From Hyphochytrium catenoides (lineage: Eukaryota; Protista; Hyphochytriomycota), in NCBI GenBank assembly GCA_900088475.1, contig FLMG01003917.1, positions 62,001-126,000 on the forward strand: DNA of 64,000 nt, given 5' to 3'. Made by a program: the position numbers and the translations under genes. Position 1 is the stretch's first letter. Each line of letters opens with the position of its first letter. Below the pieces are notes generated by a model. That model did not search any database, was not told where the DNA came from, and saw nothing but the letters and a program-made list of their open reading frames with translations. Positions 35,701-47,446 of this stretch are shown here, piece by piece.

Positions 35701-36385
35701 CGCAATGTACCCCGGAAAAAGGATATATCTTGTGACCAACGCTTCGCACCTACTGAATAACACGACGCCGCCAGTTTCAACCAAGGTAAAAGACAGGCTC
35801 CTCCAATCACTCTCCACACGAGGCGTGAAGGTGATTTTCGATGACCGAAAGGTCCATGAGACCCTGCTAGAGACTTTCGGCCGAAAGCAGCTGGAAGAGG
35901 AACTGTTTATCAAAGGAGACGGACTGATCTTTACCACTGATAGCGGCGTAAACATCCAAGTGGATCTCATCTTCCGCTGTGTGGGGAATCATCTAAACAC
36001 TGAGATCTTCGATCCAAAGTGGAAGGACCAAGACGGCCGTCTGAAGGTCAACAGGCATTTGCAGGTGCAAGGATACAACGACATCTTCGCGGCAGGCGAC
36101 ATCACCGACATTAAAGAGTCAAAGCTCGCTTTCTACGCACAGAACCATGCTAAAGTGATCGCCAAGAATATTCGGGCATTGGCAGCAGGCAAGACCTCGC
36201 TCTCGAGATACAGAGCGCCGACGCAATCCAGTATGCTCGTCTCTCTCGGACCTGGGGATGGTGCCTCTGAGCTGCAAGGCGTGTTTGCTGGTGCCTTCAT
36301 CACTGCGAAGCTGAAGAGCAATGATCTGTTGGTAGGGAAGACGTGGTCTGATCTAGGCTTCCAGCGGCCTGGTGTTGCTGGGTGA
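32711..36385 (+). CDS. Intronless 1224-aa protein of three tandem FSP1/AIFM2(AMID)-like FAD-dependent NAD(P)H oxidoreductase units with an N-terminal myristoylation motif
   Basis: Three copies of VVxxGGGYAG (about aa 13, 426 and 845), each followed by ExxxFMLHNI, YDFLVxxxGS, VGGGPV[G/A]xEL[A/V]GEI, IFRC[L/V]GN, [I/V]FA[C/A]GD, PESK/KESK and T[A/S]K[I/L]KS. N-terminus is MGNQHGS. Confidence 0.93.
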   Translation: MGNQHGSTGQRPRVVIIGGGYAGTAVAKALDAEFNVVLIERKEFMLHNIAGLRACVRPGWENYVCIPYNKLLKHGVVVRGTAVGLNASEQTVIVQEESSEEVVRYDFLVMATGSINGFPGKLPVNVISKEWTQELYRSTQKAIQAARNILIVGGGPVGCELAGEIKSTHPSKTVYLVHNTTALCNNTQPPLPDKFKVRLLDQLRNLGVQVLMNDYQINAEIEARFGTKVLEDELFISGTEMVLTTDSGRDFTADLIFRCLGNRRGSDLVDTTWLNAKGQIKVNQHLQVLGRGNERIFACGDINDVPESKMAYYAASQAKVVAKNITRMAQGKMRLSEYSPAKYTSILVPVGPEGGSSVLEGYYVGPFMTAKIKSHELFVPKYWGDLELPNPFNSVIPMQETRFTLVKELDRPGMPLLSSPSNKPTVVIIGGGYAGITAAQELDQTANVVVVEKRDFMLHNIAGLRACVRNGWESFVCIPYTRALNFGRVIRATARHIDPRLRSVIVEDSFTQTELKYDFLVLAMGSANGFPGKLPGSVMERQWTLELYRSTQDAIRASRSILIVGGGPVGCELAGEIRTVYGDKQVTLVHNSSKLCNNAQPPLGEKFSKSLQKQLEDVGVDVVLNDQTIIQQLNTLFGRKDLDEELYIAGQIITVTKQSGQEVTADLIFRCVGNKRSSLEVEPHFLDNHGQLRVDEYLRLAGTDTVFACGDANDVPESKQAYFAALQAKRVAKNIMALAANQRLYRYSPAKSGSMLVPVGEKGGASELQGFYVGPFLTSKIKSAELFVGTYWKQLNFAEAGVDPSSDEVAFLSRSSRQLSTSSRSSSAGTLWGVPAEKLKDGKEVVVVGGGYAGVEVAKLLDPYMTVTLIERKEFMLHNISSLRSCIVQGHEMYSCVPYSRLLKRGRVLKGSVVAVAPLLKTVTVVDDISEREISYDFLVLCTGSLNGFPAKMPANVLTKNVTFALYRSCQDAVRVADSVLVVGGGPVAIELVGEIIAMYPGKRIYLVTNASHLLNNTTPPVSTKVKDRLLQSLSTRGVKVIFDDRKVHETLLETFGRKQLEEELFIKGDGLIFTTDSGVNIQVDLIFRCVGNHLNTEIFDPKWKDQDGRLKVNRHLQVQGYNDIFAAGDITDIKESKLAFYAQNHAKVIAKNIRALAAGKTSLSRYRAPTQSSMLVSLGPGDGASELQGVFAGAFITAKLKSNDLLVGKTWSDLGFQRPGVAG

Positions 36386-37272
36386 AGTTTAGAAAAACAT
36401 GTGTACATAGAAGACGGAACTCACCCCGAAGTGGAAGAGCATTGACCTACTGGTAAGGAAAACCTGTTCTTACATAAGCTTCCATCCCTAGCATTGCTGG
36501 GCAAGGAAAGAATGGTTGTTTCTCTACATATGAGAACGATCGCTTCTCTCTGGCTTGGAGGCTCTTATCACTCTAAGTTTAGCAAGCATAGAAGCTACGC
36601 ACGGGGCAGGACAAGGAGTCTTTAGGTAGTGAATGATCCAAGCGGCTTGATAGAGGACCAACGCACTGAAGACTGTTATGTTAAGTTTCAATCAATTGCG
36701 CTGATTATCCTTATCATTATGATCACGCCGGCGTCCTACAGTCTTCAAATGGAAGAGATGGAGTAATATTCCCGCTGCATCGCCTAACTGATACATTAGC
36801 TTTACAAGGTTATGCACCCTATGTAGACTTCTGTGCTCTAGTATGTGCGGGCACCTCGCAGAGGTGCGCGGATTGCATCGCACAAAAGTGATGACAGCCT
36901 GCCTCTGGTTCTTTGCCGCTGCCAGAAAGTACCTTTCGGGTGGGATAGGTCCCAGCCTTTAGTTCGCTGTTAGGGTGGAACTCGAAGGCGCCTGTTTTTG
37001 GCGAGACGGACGAGCTTTGGTCTCCTCCCCTATGTAGTGAACCGATGCGGACCAGGACAGCATCTGTTAACGCACCAGAGGTCCTTAACGAGATGGGAAG
37101 AATGCGCCTCCACCTCCTCTTTGTAAATAGAGCTGGGCAAAATTGGCGACGATGACCGCCGTGCCCACCGCTGCCACGACTGTGAGATACTTGAGAGAGA
37201 GAAGACCAAATTAGTTCCTTCTGTTCCATTGCGGTTACTAGATGGACAAAGAACGGCTTCAAGAGCTAAGAC

Positions 37273-38930
37273 TTAAGAGAAGTGCAATGGGCTTGCAACT
37301 AAATGGGTCTTTTGCCGCTGCCAATAGCAGTGGCATAAGGTCACGAAGCNNNNNNNNNNNNNNNNNNNNNNNNNNNNNNNNNNNNNNNNNNNNNNNNNCC
37401 TTACCTTGCCCTTGGAGGCGCCATCTCCGACGTAGACTGCGTCGTCAGCAGGCCAAGAGGTCAGGCGGAAGCGCTCGGGTTGCTCATTGGCGGCATACTC
37501 GGTATCCTGCGTGGCACTGCCGCTGTCCCTTCTCTCTCTGCTTCCTTTCTTGTGATCCTTCCACTGTTTATAGAGCATCACATCTGAAGCTGGCGACTCC
37601 GTCTGCCATCTGAAGGGATAGTTTAAGAAGGTGCTGCTTCTCAATACTTTTGCGTGGCTCAAAAGCACCAACTTGTGCGGCGGAACCTCCTCAAAGATCT
37701 GCAACGCATCCTGAATCGCTGCCTCCACATCCAACTCCGGTGGAAGCTTTGATAGAAAGTTGTGCACAGCCGAGAATTCGCATTCACAGAGAAGTAGCTT
37801 GTCCTTCCTTTGCAGGACGATCGCGGCCGAAACATAGAGCGAAAAGAGTGGATGAGTAGAGAGAAAAACGTCGAAGAGTCTGCCGACGACGTCAAGGTCA
37901 TTGATGTGGTGCGAGAACCAGGTCAGGACCCACGGAAGAGCAAAGTATGGTTCTATCCCTGAGGCCTGGATAAACTGGTGGACCTCCTTATCTCTTTCCT
38001 CCAGAAGCGGAAAGAGCATACGAAGAATCTCTATCACTTGGACGAAGTTCGGTCTCATGCACTCCCTAATAGGGAATTGGCTCACTCTTTCTGCCATCTC
38101 GAAGGCTACTTTGTCATCGTGCATGAGAAGGAAGACCGTACAGATGTCGTGGAAGCCTTGATAGTACTTTAGCGCCGGATTCTGGCTAATGACAGCGTTC
38201 ATGATGTCAAAGAGCTGCTGACGCTTCAACTTTCTCTCCCGCTAGGTAAAAGAAAGCGACCAGGGATAGAAGAGGCGAGAGCAGGGAAATGAGAATATAA
38301 GGTTATTCATCTTCTTCAACATCGCATGTGTTACTGCCTTACCTCTTTCATCTTGCCAAACTGCTTAAAGTGGTAGAAGGAGCGGTCGACATCCTTCCAT
38401 AGCTGCTGGGCGTCCGGATGGTCAGTGACGAACCGGTGGTAGTCCGCAGCCTCATAGCGATTAATGCCCAGAAGCTTGGGCCATGCGCGCTGTCTAAAGC
38501 CCGTGTTTAGCAGACCCCCAGGGCTCAGAGCTAATTGGCGCAGCAGAGGCACATCAACCTGGGAAGGTGAGGCGAAGGAGAAGCAAGAAAGGCATAGGAA
38601 GAGACGGAAGCAGACGGGGCACGTAGGTCAAGTGGAGGAAGCCTCTGGGATTACCATTGAAGGGACCATCTATAGCTAAGTGAGTAGAGAATCATTCCAG
38701 GAATGTGCAGAGTGAGCCATCCACGTAATGAATTAGCGGGTTTACAAGGGTCATACCGGGTTACTCTCAAGTGCCTCATTGATTAGAAGCCGTCGCTTCT
38801 GCAGTTGGCTAGCGGAGAGGAAAGCTTCCACCTTGTACTCCATTAACAAGGTTCCATCGGTGGCAGAAGCCTGTACAAGGTCCCGGCTGGGAGCGCCAAC
38901 GCTCCTGCGAGGTTTCTTCTTCTTTGTCAT
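37273..38930 (-). CDS. TBC1D20: TBC-domain Rab GTPase-activating protein, TBC1D20/Gyp8-like, 3 exons
   Basis: GGLLNTGFRQRAWPKLLG, arginine finger LWKDVDRS, glutamine finger LKYYQGFHDI and PYFALPWVLTWFSH. The C-terminus crosses an N-gap at 37350-37398. Confidence 0.88.
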
Positions 38931-39922
38931 CGTCTTAGTCTATACATAACCAGCCTGCGGTTGCTATACAGAAGCTGGTTGACCGACACAGGCTAGAGGT
39001 AGGTGATGGGTAGACGAGCTCATTGTGACAGCCCGTCAAAACCCAGGACCTTTCTCTTCGGCTGTTAGGTGCCGCCGTGCCCAATCCAATAGCTGAAAGT
39101 AGAGCTAATTGAAAGAGAGCTCAGTAGCTTAGCTGTCTCTACTGCCTCATTTCCAAAGCCACTATCAACGTTCTTAGAGCCCAAATTCAAGGCTCAACTC
39201 CGTAGTGGCTTCTCCAGCAGCTTCTCCTTCGAGCTCCTTATCAAGCCTTTCCTCTGCAGACCCATGAGCATCGCTAGGAGACCTGCCCAGTGTCTGACGA
39301 GTGCCAGGATCTCCGTCAACGGCCTTCTGGAAGTAAGGACTAAAGACTGAAAGACAAGACCTGCCGCTGCCGCGCTGGATGGTCTGTCATCGGCAACTTC
39401 CACATCTTCCCCTCACATCATCTGCCCCTCTCACTGATTGTGATAATCAACATAGTCCCGAGTCAGTTATCATCTATAGCTTGGAGCTAGTCGTTAGCGC
39501 CCCCTGTGTTCTCATCCAGGCAGCCGTACGAGAATATTGAAGACTGCAGACGCAGACGCAGACGAAGAAATTCAGAGAAAAGCTTTTATTACACAGAGAT
39601 TGAGATTGGAGACGGGAGACTGAGACCGGGGACCGAAGTTCCTACCATAGAGACTGGAAAGTGGAGACGGCAGCCTAGAGGTTAGAGACTAGAGAGTAAA
39701 AGAGTAGACACTAGAGACAGAGCCTCCGCACATTTCCATGATAAGTCTATGACAGAAAAGGGTGAGCAATTTTGCGTAGAAGATTGTCAGGAGCGAAGCA
39801 GATGAGAGCACAGCCGAACTCTCACAGAAGCCAACGGTCAGAACTATCTTGTGCTAGTTGACAGACGGGGCCGATTTGATTAGTTGGGTAGAGCAGAGAA
39901 CCAACACTGTACGCGGAAAGGG

Positions 39923-41474
39923 ATGTTGAGGGCTACCGTGCGCTTTGCTACTTGCTTCCCCGCAAGGCGGTCAGCTTTGCAGCGACTTGCTGTCTCTCGA
40001 CGACAGAGCTTCGTCCGGTCAATATCTGAGGCAGTGCAGGAGCCGCCATGCCCTGTAGTAGACAGTAGAGGTAAGTCTGCGAACCGGCTTGAAGAGAACG
40101 AGAAGATCTTCTTCTGCTTCTCAACGTATATCTCACCCATCTTTGGGTCTAGGCGTGAAAAATCATTGCTGGGCCTGTGGGCAGAACCTTAGCCACTGCG
40201 ACTTCTTTTGTTGCTCTTGCGGCAAGCTCCAACCACGGGGCGAGAGTCCGGCCTGCTCCTACTTTCTCCTGCTGGCAATGTAAGGCGGTGCATCATAATA
40301 TGTCAAATTGCCTGTGTTGTTCGGCCTTCCAGGACTTAGACAGAGCATAGATGTGACAAGTTGGTGGCTTCTTCTCTCGTCTCAGATCTCCTTTCGCTGT
40401 CTCGCGGCCAAATCTCTGTTTGTGTCATTCGTTGCCTCATTGCCATATGTTTCTGACCGCTTTACCAGGCCTGAGAAGTTCAAGATCGACGTAGCAGAGC
40501 TAGAGAAGCATTATAAAGGTCTCCAGTCCAGAGTCCATCCGGACATCCATGGCCTAAAGTCTGAGGTGAGAGACACTAGTAGAGGTCAAAGACGGCATCT
40601 AAAGGCAAGAAAGTAGCATGAACGTTCTCATTTAGAGAGGACATCATAGTCTAGCATAAAGCATGTTTGGTACGCTGAAGATGAGAAACAGACAGAAGGG
40701 TGGTAAGGAGATCGAGAAGGAGTCGAAGTGAAGGCTCTGATGGAAGAAAGTGTTACCTTGTACTGACATACAAAGACAGGCGGAAAGAGAATACTCAGCC
40801 AAGAACTCTGCTTGCATCAACAAAGCGTACGAGGTGTTGAGACATCCAAATCTCCGGATCAACTACCTGGTAAGGCGGTCAGATACAAACCTTGCGGAGA
40901 AGGGAAACAGATGGGAACATAAAGCTTAATCGGCTTGGAAGTTAGGCCATAGGATGGCGTGTCAATGCAAGATTCTCGCTCTAACTCCTTTCTGGACCTC
41001 ACAGCTGAAGAGACAGGGTATTGACGCCGTATCGGAGGGCGGGAGGACAAATGTGTGCCCAATGCTGCTCATGCATGTTATGGAGCAAAGGTACGACCTT
41101 CTCCTACCGCTGCACTATGGACATAATAGATAGGAAGAATAGGATAGCAGGGCTCCGCAGGAAAGCGTAAGCCAACAGCTGGGCCATTCTGTCAGAGTTG
41201 TGTTGCTCCCCGTTATGCCAGTGGTGGCACAGACTATGGGTAGCTAATCTGGACTTGCTTTTTGTCTAGAGAGAGGATTCAGGACGCAAACAAGGTGCAA
41301 GAGCTGCAGCAGATTAAGGAGGAGAACCAGAAGGAGATTGATGAGTGCTTGCAAGCTATAGAAAAGGCCTATGATAGAGATCGGGACCTCGCCGCGGCTG
41401 AAGCCTTGGCTGTACGTCTGCAGTACCTAACAAAGATAGCCTCAGAGATCAGAGACAAGGAGCTGGACGTCTAG
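39923..41474 (+). CDS. HSCB: Mitochondrial Fe-S cluster co-chaperone HSC20/HscB, multi-exon
   Basis: Arg-rich presequence MLRATVRFATCFPARR; CWAC...FCCSC tetracysteine module; J-domain with LQSRVHPD and INKAYEVL; C-terminal RLQYLTKI. Confidence 0.92.
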
Positions 41475-41640
41475 CTGAACCATGCCAACAGCAAAGTGCG
41501 GGCATAGAGAAAGCGCACGGGCGATGCGGCGTGCCAAGGATATTATTGCTTATCGGAAAGAGCAGACACGTGTATCTGTCGTTAATTTATATGGAAGGTG
41601 ATTGTTACATCTTCCCATCTATTGCATTGCCCTTCGCCTG

Positions 41641-44600
41641 TCAGCTCAGTTGGGGCTGGCCAGCCAGGTGCCTCTCGTCACCTAAAGATTGGCTCTTCTC
41701 AGCAGCTCCTATCTTTCCGTCTGACAAGTCAGTAGTGTTCTCTACCTCTGCTTGATGCTCACTAGTCTCGGCTAAACCTTCCTGGCCCTTGAGGCGAATA
41801 CTAAGGGCAGCCGGAAGCGGAACAGCGGTAGGTGATCCAGGAGAAAGAAAGGCGGCCTTCGGAGAAAGAGAGGAGTTCAAGGGTCCATGTCTGGACGGAG
41901 CCATAGCTAGCTTTTTGGGCTCCTCCAGAGGCGGAATGGTGATCTTCTTCCTGCCATCAGCCTCTTTCTTCGTCTCCGTTTTCATCTCGCCATTTAGAGA
42001 TGCAGTTCCATTTGTCGTCACGCCATTATGTGACTCCTCTGTTCCCTGAACCTTCGAGGCTACCGATGGGCTTGGGCCTTGTTCCTCCTCCTTTGGCTTG
42101 TCGATCCTCTCACCCTCGTTAATGTGTTGTACCACGTCCTGCTCTTTCACGTTGTGTCCCTGTTGAAAGCTCTCTCTCTCTTCCTGACTTCCGTTTTCTT
42201 CATCTTGGCTGTTGCCTCCATCTCCGTTTCCGTCTAGTGGTGCTGTGCTTCTTCGCAGGGCCCGTCGCTCTCGCTCTTGTCGTCTCTTCTCCTCTTCTGC
42301 CGCTGCTGCTTCTCTCTCGGCGATAGCAGCCGCTTCCTATGTCATTTGGAGCCCAGTGAGAATCAGGGCGTGAGTCGACTTATCAATTGAAAGGGGATGT
42401 TGTTGCCTTCGTAAGAAATGACAGAAATCGCGTTGCTTGAAAGTGAAAATGAGGGTGGTAGAAGGTAGCTGAAAGAGAGGGAAAGCCGAATGCCTGAGAT
42501 CGCTTCGGATAGCTGATCGCAAGAAGCAAGAGAAAGTGTCGAACAGGAGATAACAGAGCTTGCTCACATCTTCAGCTTGCTGTCGCCGAAGGCGTCGTTG
42601 TTCCTTCTCCCGGCGGAGCCGTTCTTTCTCTTCTTCTTCCTTTCTCTTCTTCTCTTCCTCCTTAGCTTTTTTCTCCTCCTGCTTCTGGATTGCCAGAAGG
42701 CGTCTTCTTTCCAGTTCTCGCTCTGTCTCTTTCTTCCGTCGCTCCATTTCTATAACGGACGTTACGCGAGAGCATCAGCATCGCGACGAAGTTTGGGATT
42801 AGATGATCAAGGAGCAAAAAAAGGAAGTTTGTTAGACAAACAGTGGTTCTTCTTACCCTCTTGTCTCAGTTTCTCCTCCATCTCCTCTTTTTTCCTGTCA
42901 GCTTCAAATTGTTCTACTTTTTTGACCTGAATGCGTTCTGAGCGCTTCCGTGGCATCGCCTCTATTAACGCCTGTGGCAATTAGAGACGAGAGAGACAAA
43001 AGACGGAGCAACCAAGCGATAAGAAAGTAGGGGCGGAGGATAAAGACAACGTCAGGATAATGGGGAGCGTTCCTAGTAATGCATACAGTCAAGCGAAGAG
43101 CTTCTAGCGCTACATACAGTCAGCTTTCGTTATCATATGGAGGTGGCCTTAGGACGTAAGAGTTCCACTCGACGTTAAGTGATTAAACGACAGAGAACCT
43201 CAGCGTGAGGGATAGCCACAACAGATGATGTGTTACCTTTTTCTTTTCTCTCTCTACTTGCTTTTCAAGTTCCAGTCTATCTTGGTGCAATGACTCGATA
43301 ATTTGCTAGACAAAGACCGCATCGAGGGGACGATCAGAGACATTGTAAATTAAGAGGATTGAAGAAGGGAATCATGCCAATCAAAGCAAGAAATGCACCT
43401 AGGAGACGGACCCAAAGTTTGCGCGAAGGGCAACGGAGGTAAACCAAACAGATGCTTGAGAACCGCTCGGTCCGCCTATCCAGCTTGGTCTCCTTCTCTT
43501 CAACCCAGCTTTGCCGTCCCTCTCGTCTTTTGTCCCTGCCACCTACCGAAAGAGCGTCTCTAAGATCCGTCTCCTTGCTTTTCTGTGACTTCGTTCTATC
43601 GTGTAAGCTCTCGTGGAAGCGGCTAATACTCTCCAAACCCTTAGCCCAGAGAGTCCAATGAAGGACCACATCTCCCTCTCCGTCTTCCTTCGCGCAGTAC
43701 ATTGGGTCTACTCGCCGGTAGAGCCGCTGGTCCTAAAGAAAGTCACTGTAAGAAGCTTGTTCTTTCATCATGGCTCCCTGCAGCGCGGTATTTTTCTCTC
43801 TCGTGCCGAGGAGGTTCTCTTTGTCATCTGTAGCCTATCTCTCTCGCTTTCTAGGAGCCACTGGCGGTTTGCTATGTACCTTGAAGAATTGTGGGAACCA
43901 GAAGTATTCGCATCCATTAACGTCCGTACCAATTGGGGCAACACGTATGTCTTCTTCCTCCATACCACGAATAAGGCCCCTGAACAGACAGTGCAATCAG
44001 CCTCAAACAAGAAAGGTCAAAAGTAGGTCTCGCTTCAAGAAGCGAGGGTTGCAGGTGGACTTACGGGTTCTCTCCCCTCTGAGCGACGCATTCGACTAAT
44101 GCATAGAAGACTTTGACCCTTAAATCCACGCTGAGATCCTTGAACTCCTTGTCCTAAATATCGGCCACCCATCGGGCAAGCCATGGAGTGGTGACAAAGG
44201 GTGAAAGTTAGAAGACGAAGAAACATATGGAGCAATCAAGACAAGAATGGGGCTAGCCAAATATGATCTCTAAAATAAGTATCCTGTCGAATGGCAACCC
44301 GTTCAAAGGATCGCATGAGGCCAGAAGAGAAATGCCGAAGGCAAGAAGAGCTCTGGGTGATGGAAAAGACGAAGAAAATATGTGCCTCTAGTTCCCTACG
44401 CAACAATAAGCGCAGAAGAAAGGAAGTGATAAAGGGAAACCTGGAGAACCGTTCACTCCGAGAGTCTCTCTGTTCATATGGAGACAGGTAATGAGAGCCG
44501 AAGACGGAGGATAGATGATAGGCACGTAGGCAGCAGAAGAGATTGGACCGTCCAAACGCTACCTTGAGAGGTGGATCCTCTCCTAAAGGCTTCAGTCTGT

Positions 44601-46192
44601 GCTTCAATAAATCTAAGCGGTCCAACTCTTCGGGAGTCAAATCTTCTAATTCCTTATCTTCTTCTTCCACCTCTTCTTCTCTTTCTTCTTGTTCTTCCTC
44701 TTCACTGTCCTCCCTTTCCGCAGCAGGTTTGTCTTCTCTTTCCTGGATTTCCTTGGTCTTTATCTTCTCTCCACTCTTCTCTCGTAGCCTGTCATACTCT
44801 GTGTACCACTCTTCCATCTCCTCCTTTAGGTCCTGGTGCCAGCGCTGGTACGCGAGCCCTAGCCCAACGCTGAGGCGGTCTCTGTCTTTCTTGTCTCGAA
44901 GAAGCAGTTTCGTGAAAACATCCTCCATTGTTGGACTAGTGGTTGGGGCAAGGAGGCCCATCTGCTCTCAGTCAGTACGGGCGCAACGTTAGAATGCGGG
45001 GCCAGACCAGGACATAACACGGGCCGTGAGGCAGACAGAGAGAGAGAGGAACAGACTCTGAGGAAAATGGAGAGAACAAGCCGGAGAGGAGCGAATAGAG
45101 GAAGAGAGAGAGCGTACTACAAGTAAAGCAAAGATCAAGTGCCTTTGGCTCCGTCAGAGTAATAAGGGAAGAGAGACACCGAATGAGGTAATGTATCACC
45201 TCTATCTCCTGTAGAGTATAAGCTTTGATCCTCAGTGAGTTCTGGAGGAGCCAAAGTACGTGGCAGGCTGACGGGAGTTGCCACATGTTTCGCAGGGTTT
45301 CTACGTCTGTCAAATCTGCAGCGAGTCGAGTAGAAGAAGACAACGATGATCAGGAGGACAAGCAAGAAGATGATGTCAAAGACACGGGCATCCAGATATC
45401 AATATTAGTGGCGGCCAGCCATATGTGGCTGCAAGAAGGGTGACAGTTAACGAGATAAAGAAACGAAGACGGTCGAGTGGACGACGAGAAGTGCAGTCGA
45501 GAAGTGCGATACTTTTCCTCGATAAACACTGGTAGGAAAGAAGGCAAGGCAGGAAGAGCGGTCGTTCAAAGGGAAGGAAGAGAGCACGGCAAGTCCTAGA
45601 GGAGCGAAACTGTATGTCGCTTGAAGAAAGACCTCATATTGGGACACGGGTATACAGGGCACGGCAGCGCTTCCTCACCATACTCCTGACCAAAGAGACT
45701 GGAACCATCTTCCTCAAAGAAAGGCTTCATCTCCGCAATGGCCTTGGTCCTCTTCGCAACAGCGGAGCTTGCTCTGTGAGATATGGTCGTAGACTCTGCA
45801 TCTTCGCTGCCATCCTCGTCTTCATCAACTCCCTTCTTCCTTTTGCCAAGGCTCCCCTTTTTCCCCTTGTCCTTGGCGGATGAAGGCGCTTCCTTTCTCC
45901 TTTTAGAGGCGGGCTCTGTCTTAGGGGTCTCTACCTTAGCTGCCCTTCTTGGAGTCGTTCGGGTCGGGGTTGATGGTTTCTTAACCTGTACCCCTTTCCT
46001 GGGAGTTGAAGCGCCAGAGATTTGAAGAGAGGTTCTACGTTCCTTCGCCCCCTTCTCAGCCTTCACGGGTTCATTCAAAGCAGCACTATCACGCTTTAAT
46101 GGCGACTTAAATGGGGTAGCTCCGCTTGGTGGTGCACCAAACGACAAGCGGTCTGGCGCCTTTCGATCTCTTTTGGGTCTTGATTCCGCCAT
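41641..46192 (-). CDS. DDT/WHIM-type chromatin-remodelling accessory protein (RSF1/ISWI-partner-like), multi-exon
   Basis: Basic disordered N-terminus; DDT-like LRNMWQLPSACHVLWLL...EIE; WHIM-like PLGTDVNGCEYFWF and WTLWAKGLE; charged coiled-coil C-terminus. Confidence 0.65.
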
Positions 46193-46618
46193 CGTCCCTT
46201 AAAACCCTTAGCTGCACACAAGTCGGCCTCCCAAAGAGCCGTCGGCCTACTTCATAGACTCCAATATTCCGCCTATCAAATACAGTCTTCCAGCGGGAGA
46301 CTCACAGCTCTTCAGAAGCTCATCACTTATTTATGAAGATTTTGGCGCCAAGTGAAGCTCCGTAGGGGAGGCGATGATGGAGACCAAACAGAGATCAGAC
46401 GGCAGACGGCAGCCTCAACAGCCGTTAGCGCCTATATTGGCAGGTTTGCTGATGCAGTAACCGATTGAGAAAGTTATAGATAATCAAAGCTGGGAGCAAT
46501 TGTGATTCTTTTCAAACCTTCCGTCCCGCCAACGTTGCAAGAGATTGTTTACAGTCGTTCTTTCAAAGGAACTATGGCGTACTTTCTCAAGTAAAAGCCC
46601 TATCGTCTTCTTTCTGTT

Positions 46619-46633
46619 CGTCCTCTCTCTCTC

Positions 46634-46693
<60 letters not shown>

Positions 46694-46915
46694 TTTCCTT
46701 CTCTCTCTCTCTCTCTCCCTTTCCTCCTTTGTCTGTTTGCCAGTCTCTCTCACATACTCCAACCCCTCTTTCTCTCTGTCTCTCTCTCAGTCTGTCTCTT
46801 TCTTTCTCTCTCTCTCTCTTTCTTTCTCTCTCTCTCTCTCTCTTTCTCTCCTTTCTCTGCCTCTCTTTCTCTCTCTCTCTCTCGTTGGCTCTCTCTCTCT
46901 CTCTCTCTCTCTACT
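46619..46915. repeat. (CT)n microsatellite tract
   Basis: Seen directly. Confidence 0.95.
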
Positions 46916-47235
46916 TATATAGCGATGTCTTCCACTACAGCTCAGTCTATCTCTCTCCTTGTCTGTCCGGACTCGCTCAGTCTCCCTTCTCCTCTCTCTC
47001 GGCAAGCATTCTCCAGCATCCTCTCTCCGTCTGTCACGCTGTCTGTTCTGTCTCCTCTTCTTCCCCCCTACGGCACTGGTCTGATGATTGCTGCTACACT
47101 TGCTCCACCGGCCCACTGCCTCTCTTCTTGACATCGCCAGAGGAGGAATGGAAGCAACAGCTGAAGCAACTTGGAGAGAGGACGACGCGGAAGCCCGTTA
47201 GGCGAGAGGCAGAGCAGCTGGTTCTGGGAAGAGGA

Positions 47236-47282
<47 letters not shown>
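47236..47282. repeat. (GA)n microsatellite
   Basis: Seen directly. Confidence 0.95.
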
Positions 47283-47286
<4 letters not shown>

Positions 47287-47446
47287 ACGCAAAAAGGAGT
47301 GAGAGCAGGACGACCATCAAGCGAACACAAGAAAAAAAGAAAAGTAAACACCTCTGATAGCGGAAGGAAGATAGCTCGATTGACAGGAACAACTTTGTAA
47401 GAAGAACGACACGCTAGCCGCCAGGAACTTGTTCTCTTCTCGGTCG

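Noticed and set aside
36819-37262. 147-aa minus-strand ORF downstream of TBC1D20
   Set aside because: Non-ATG start and no motif; likely 3'UTR or intergenic.
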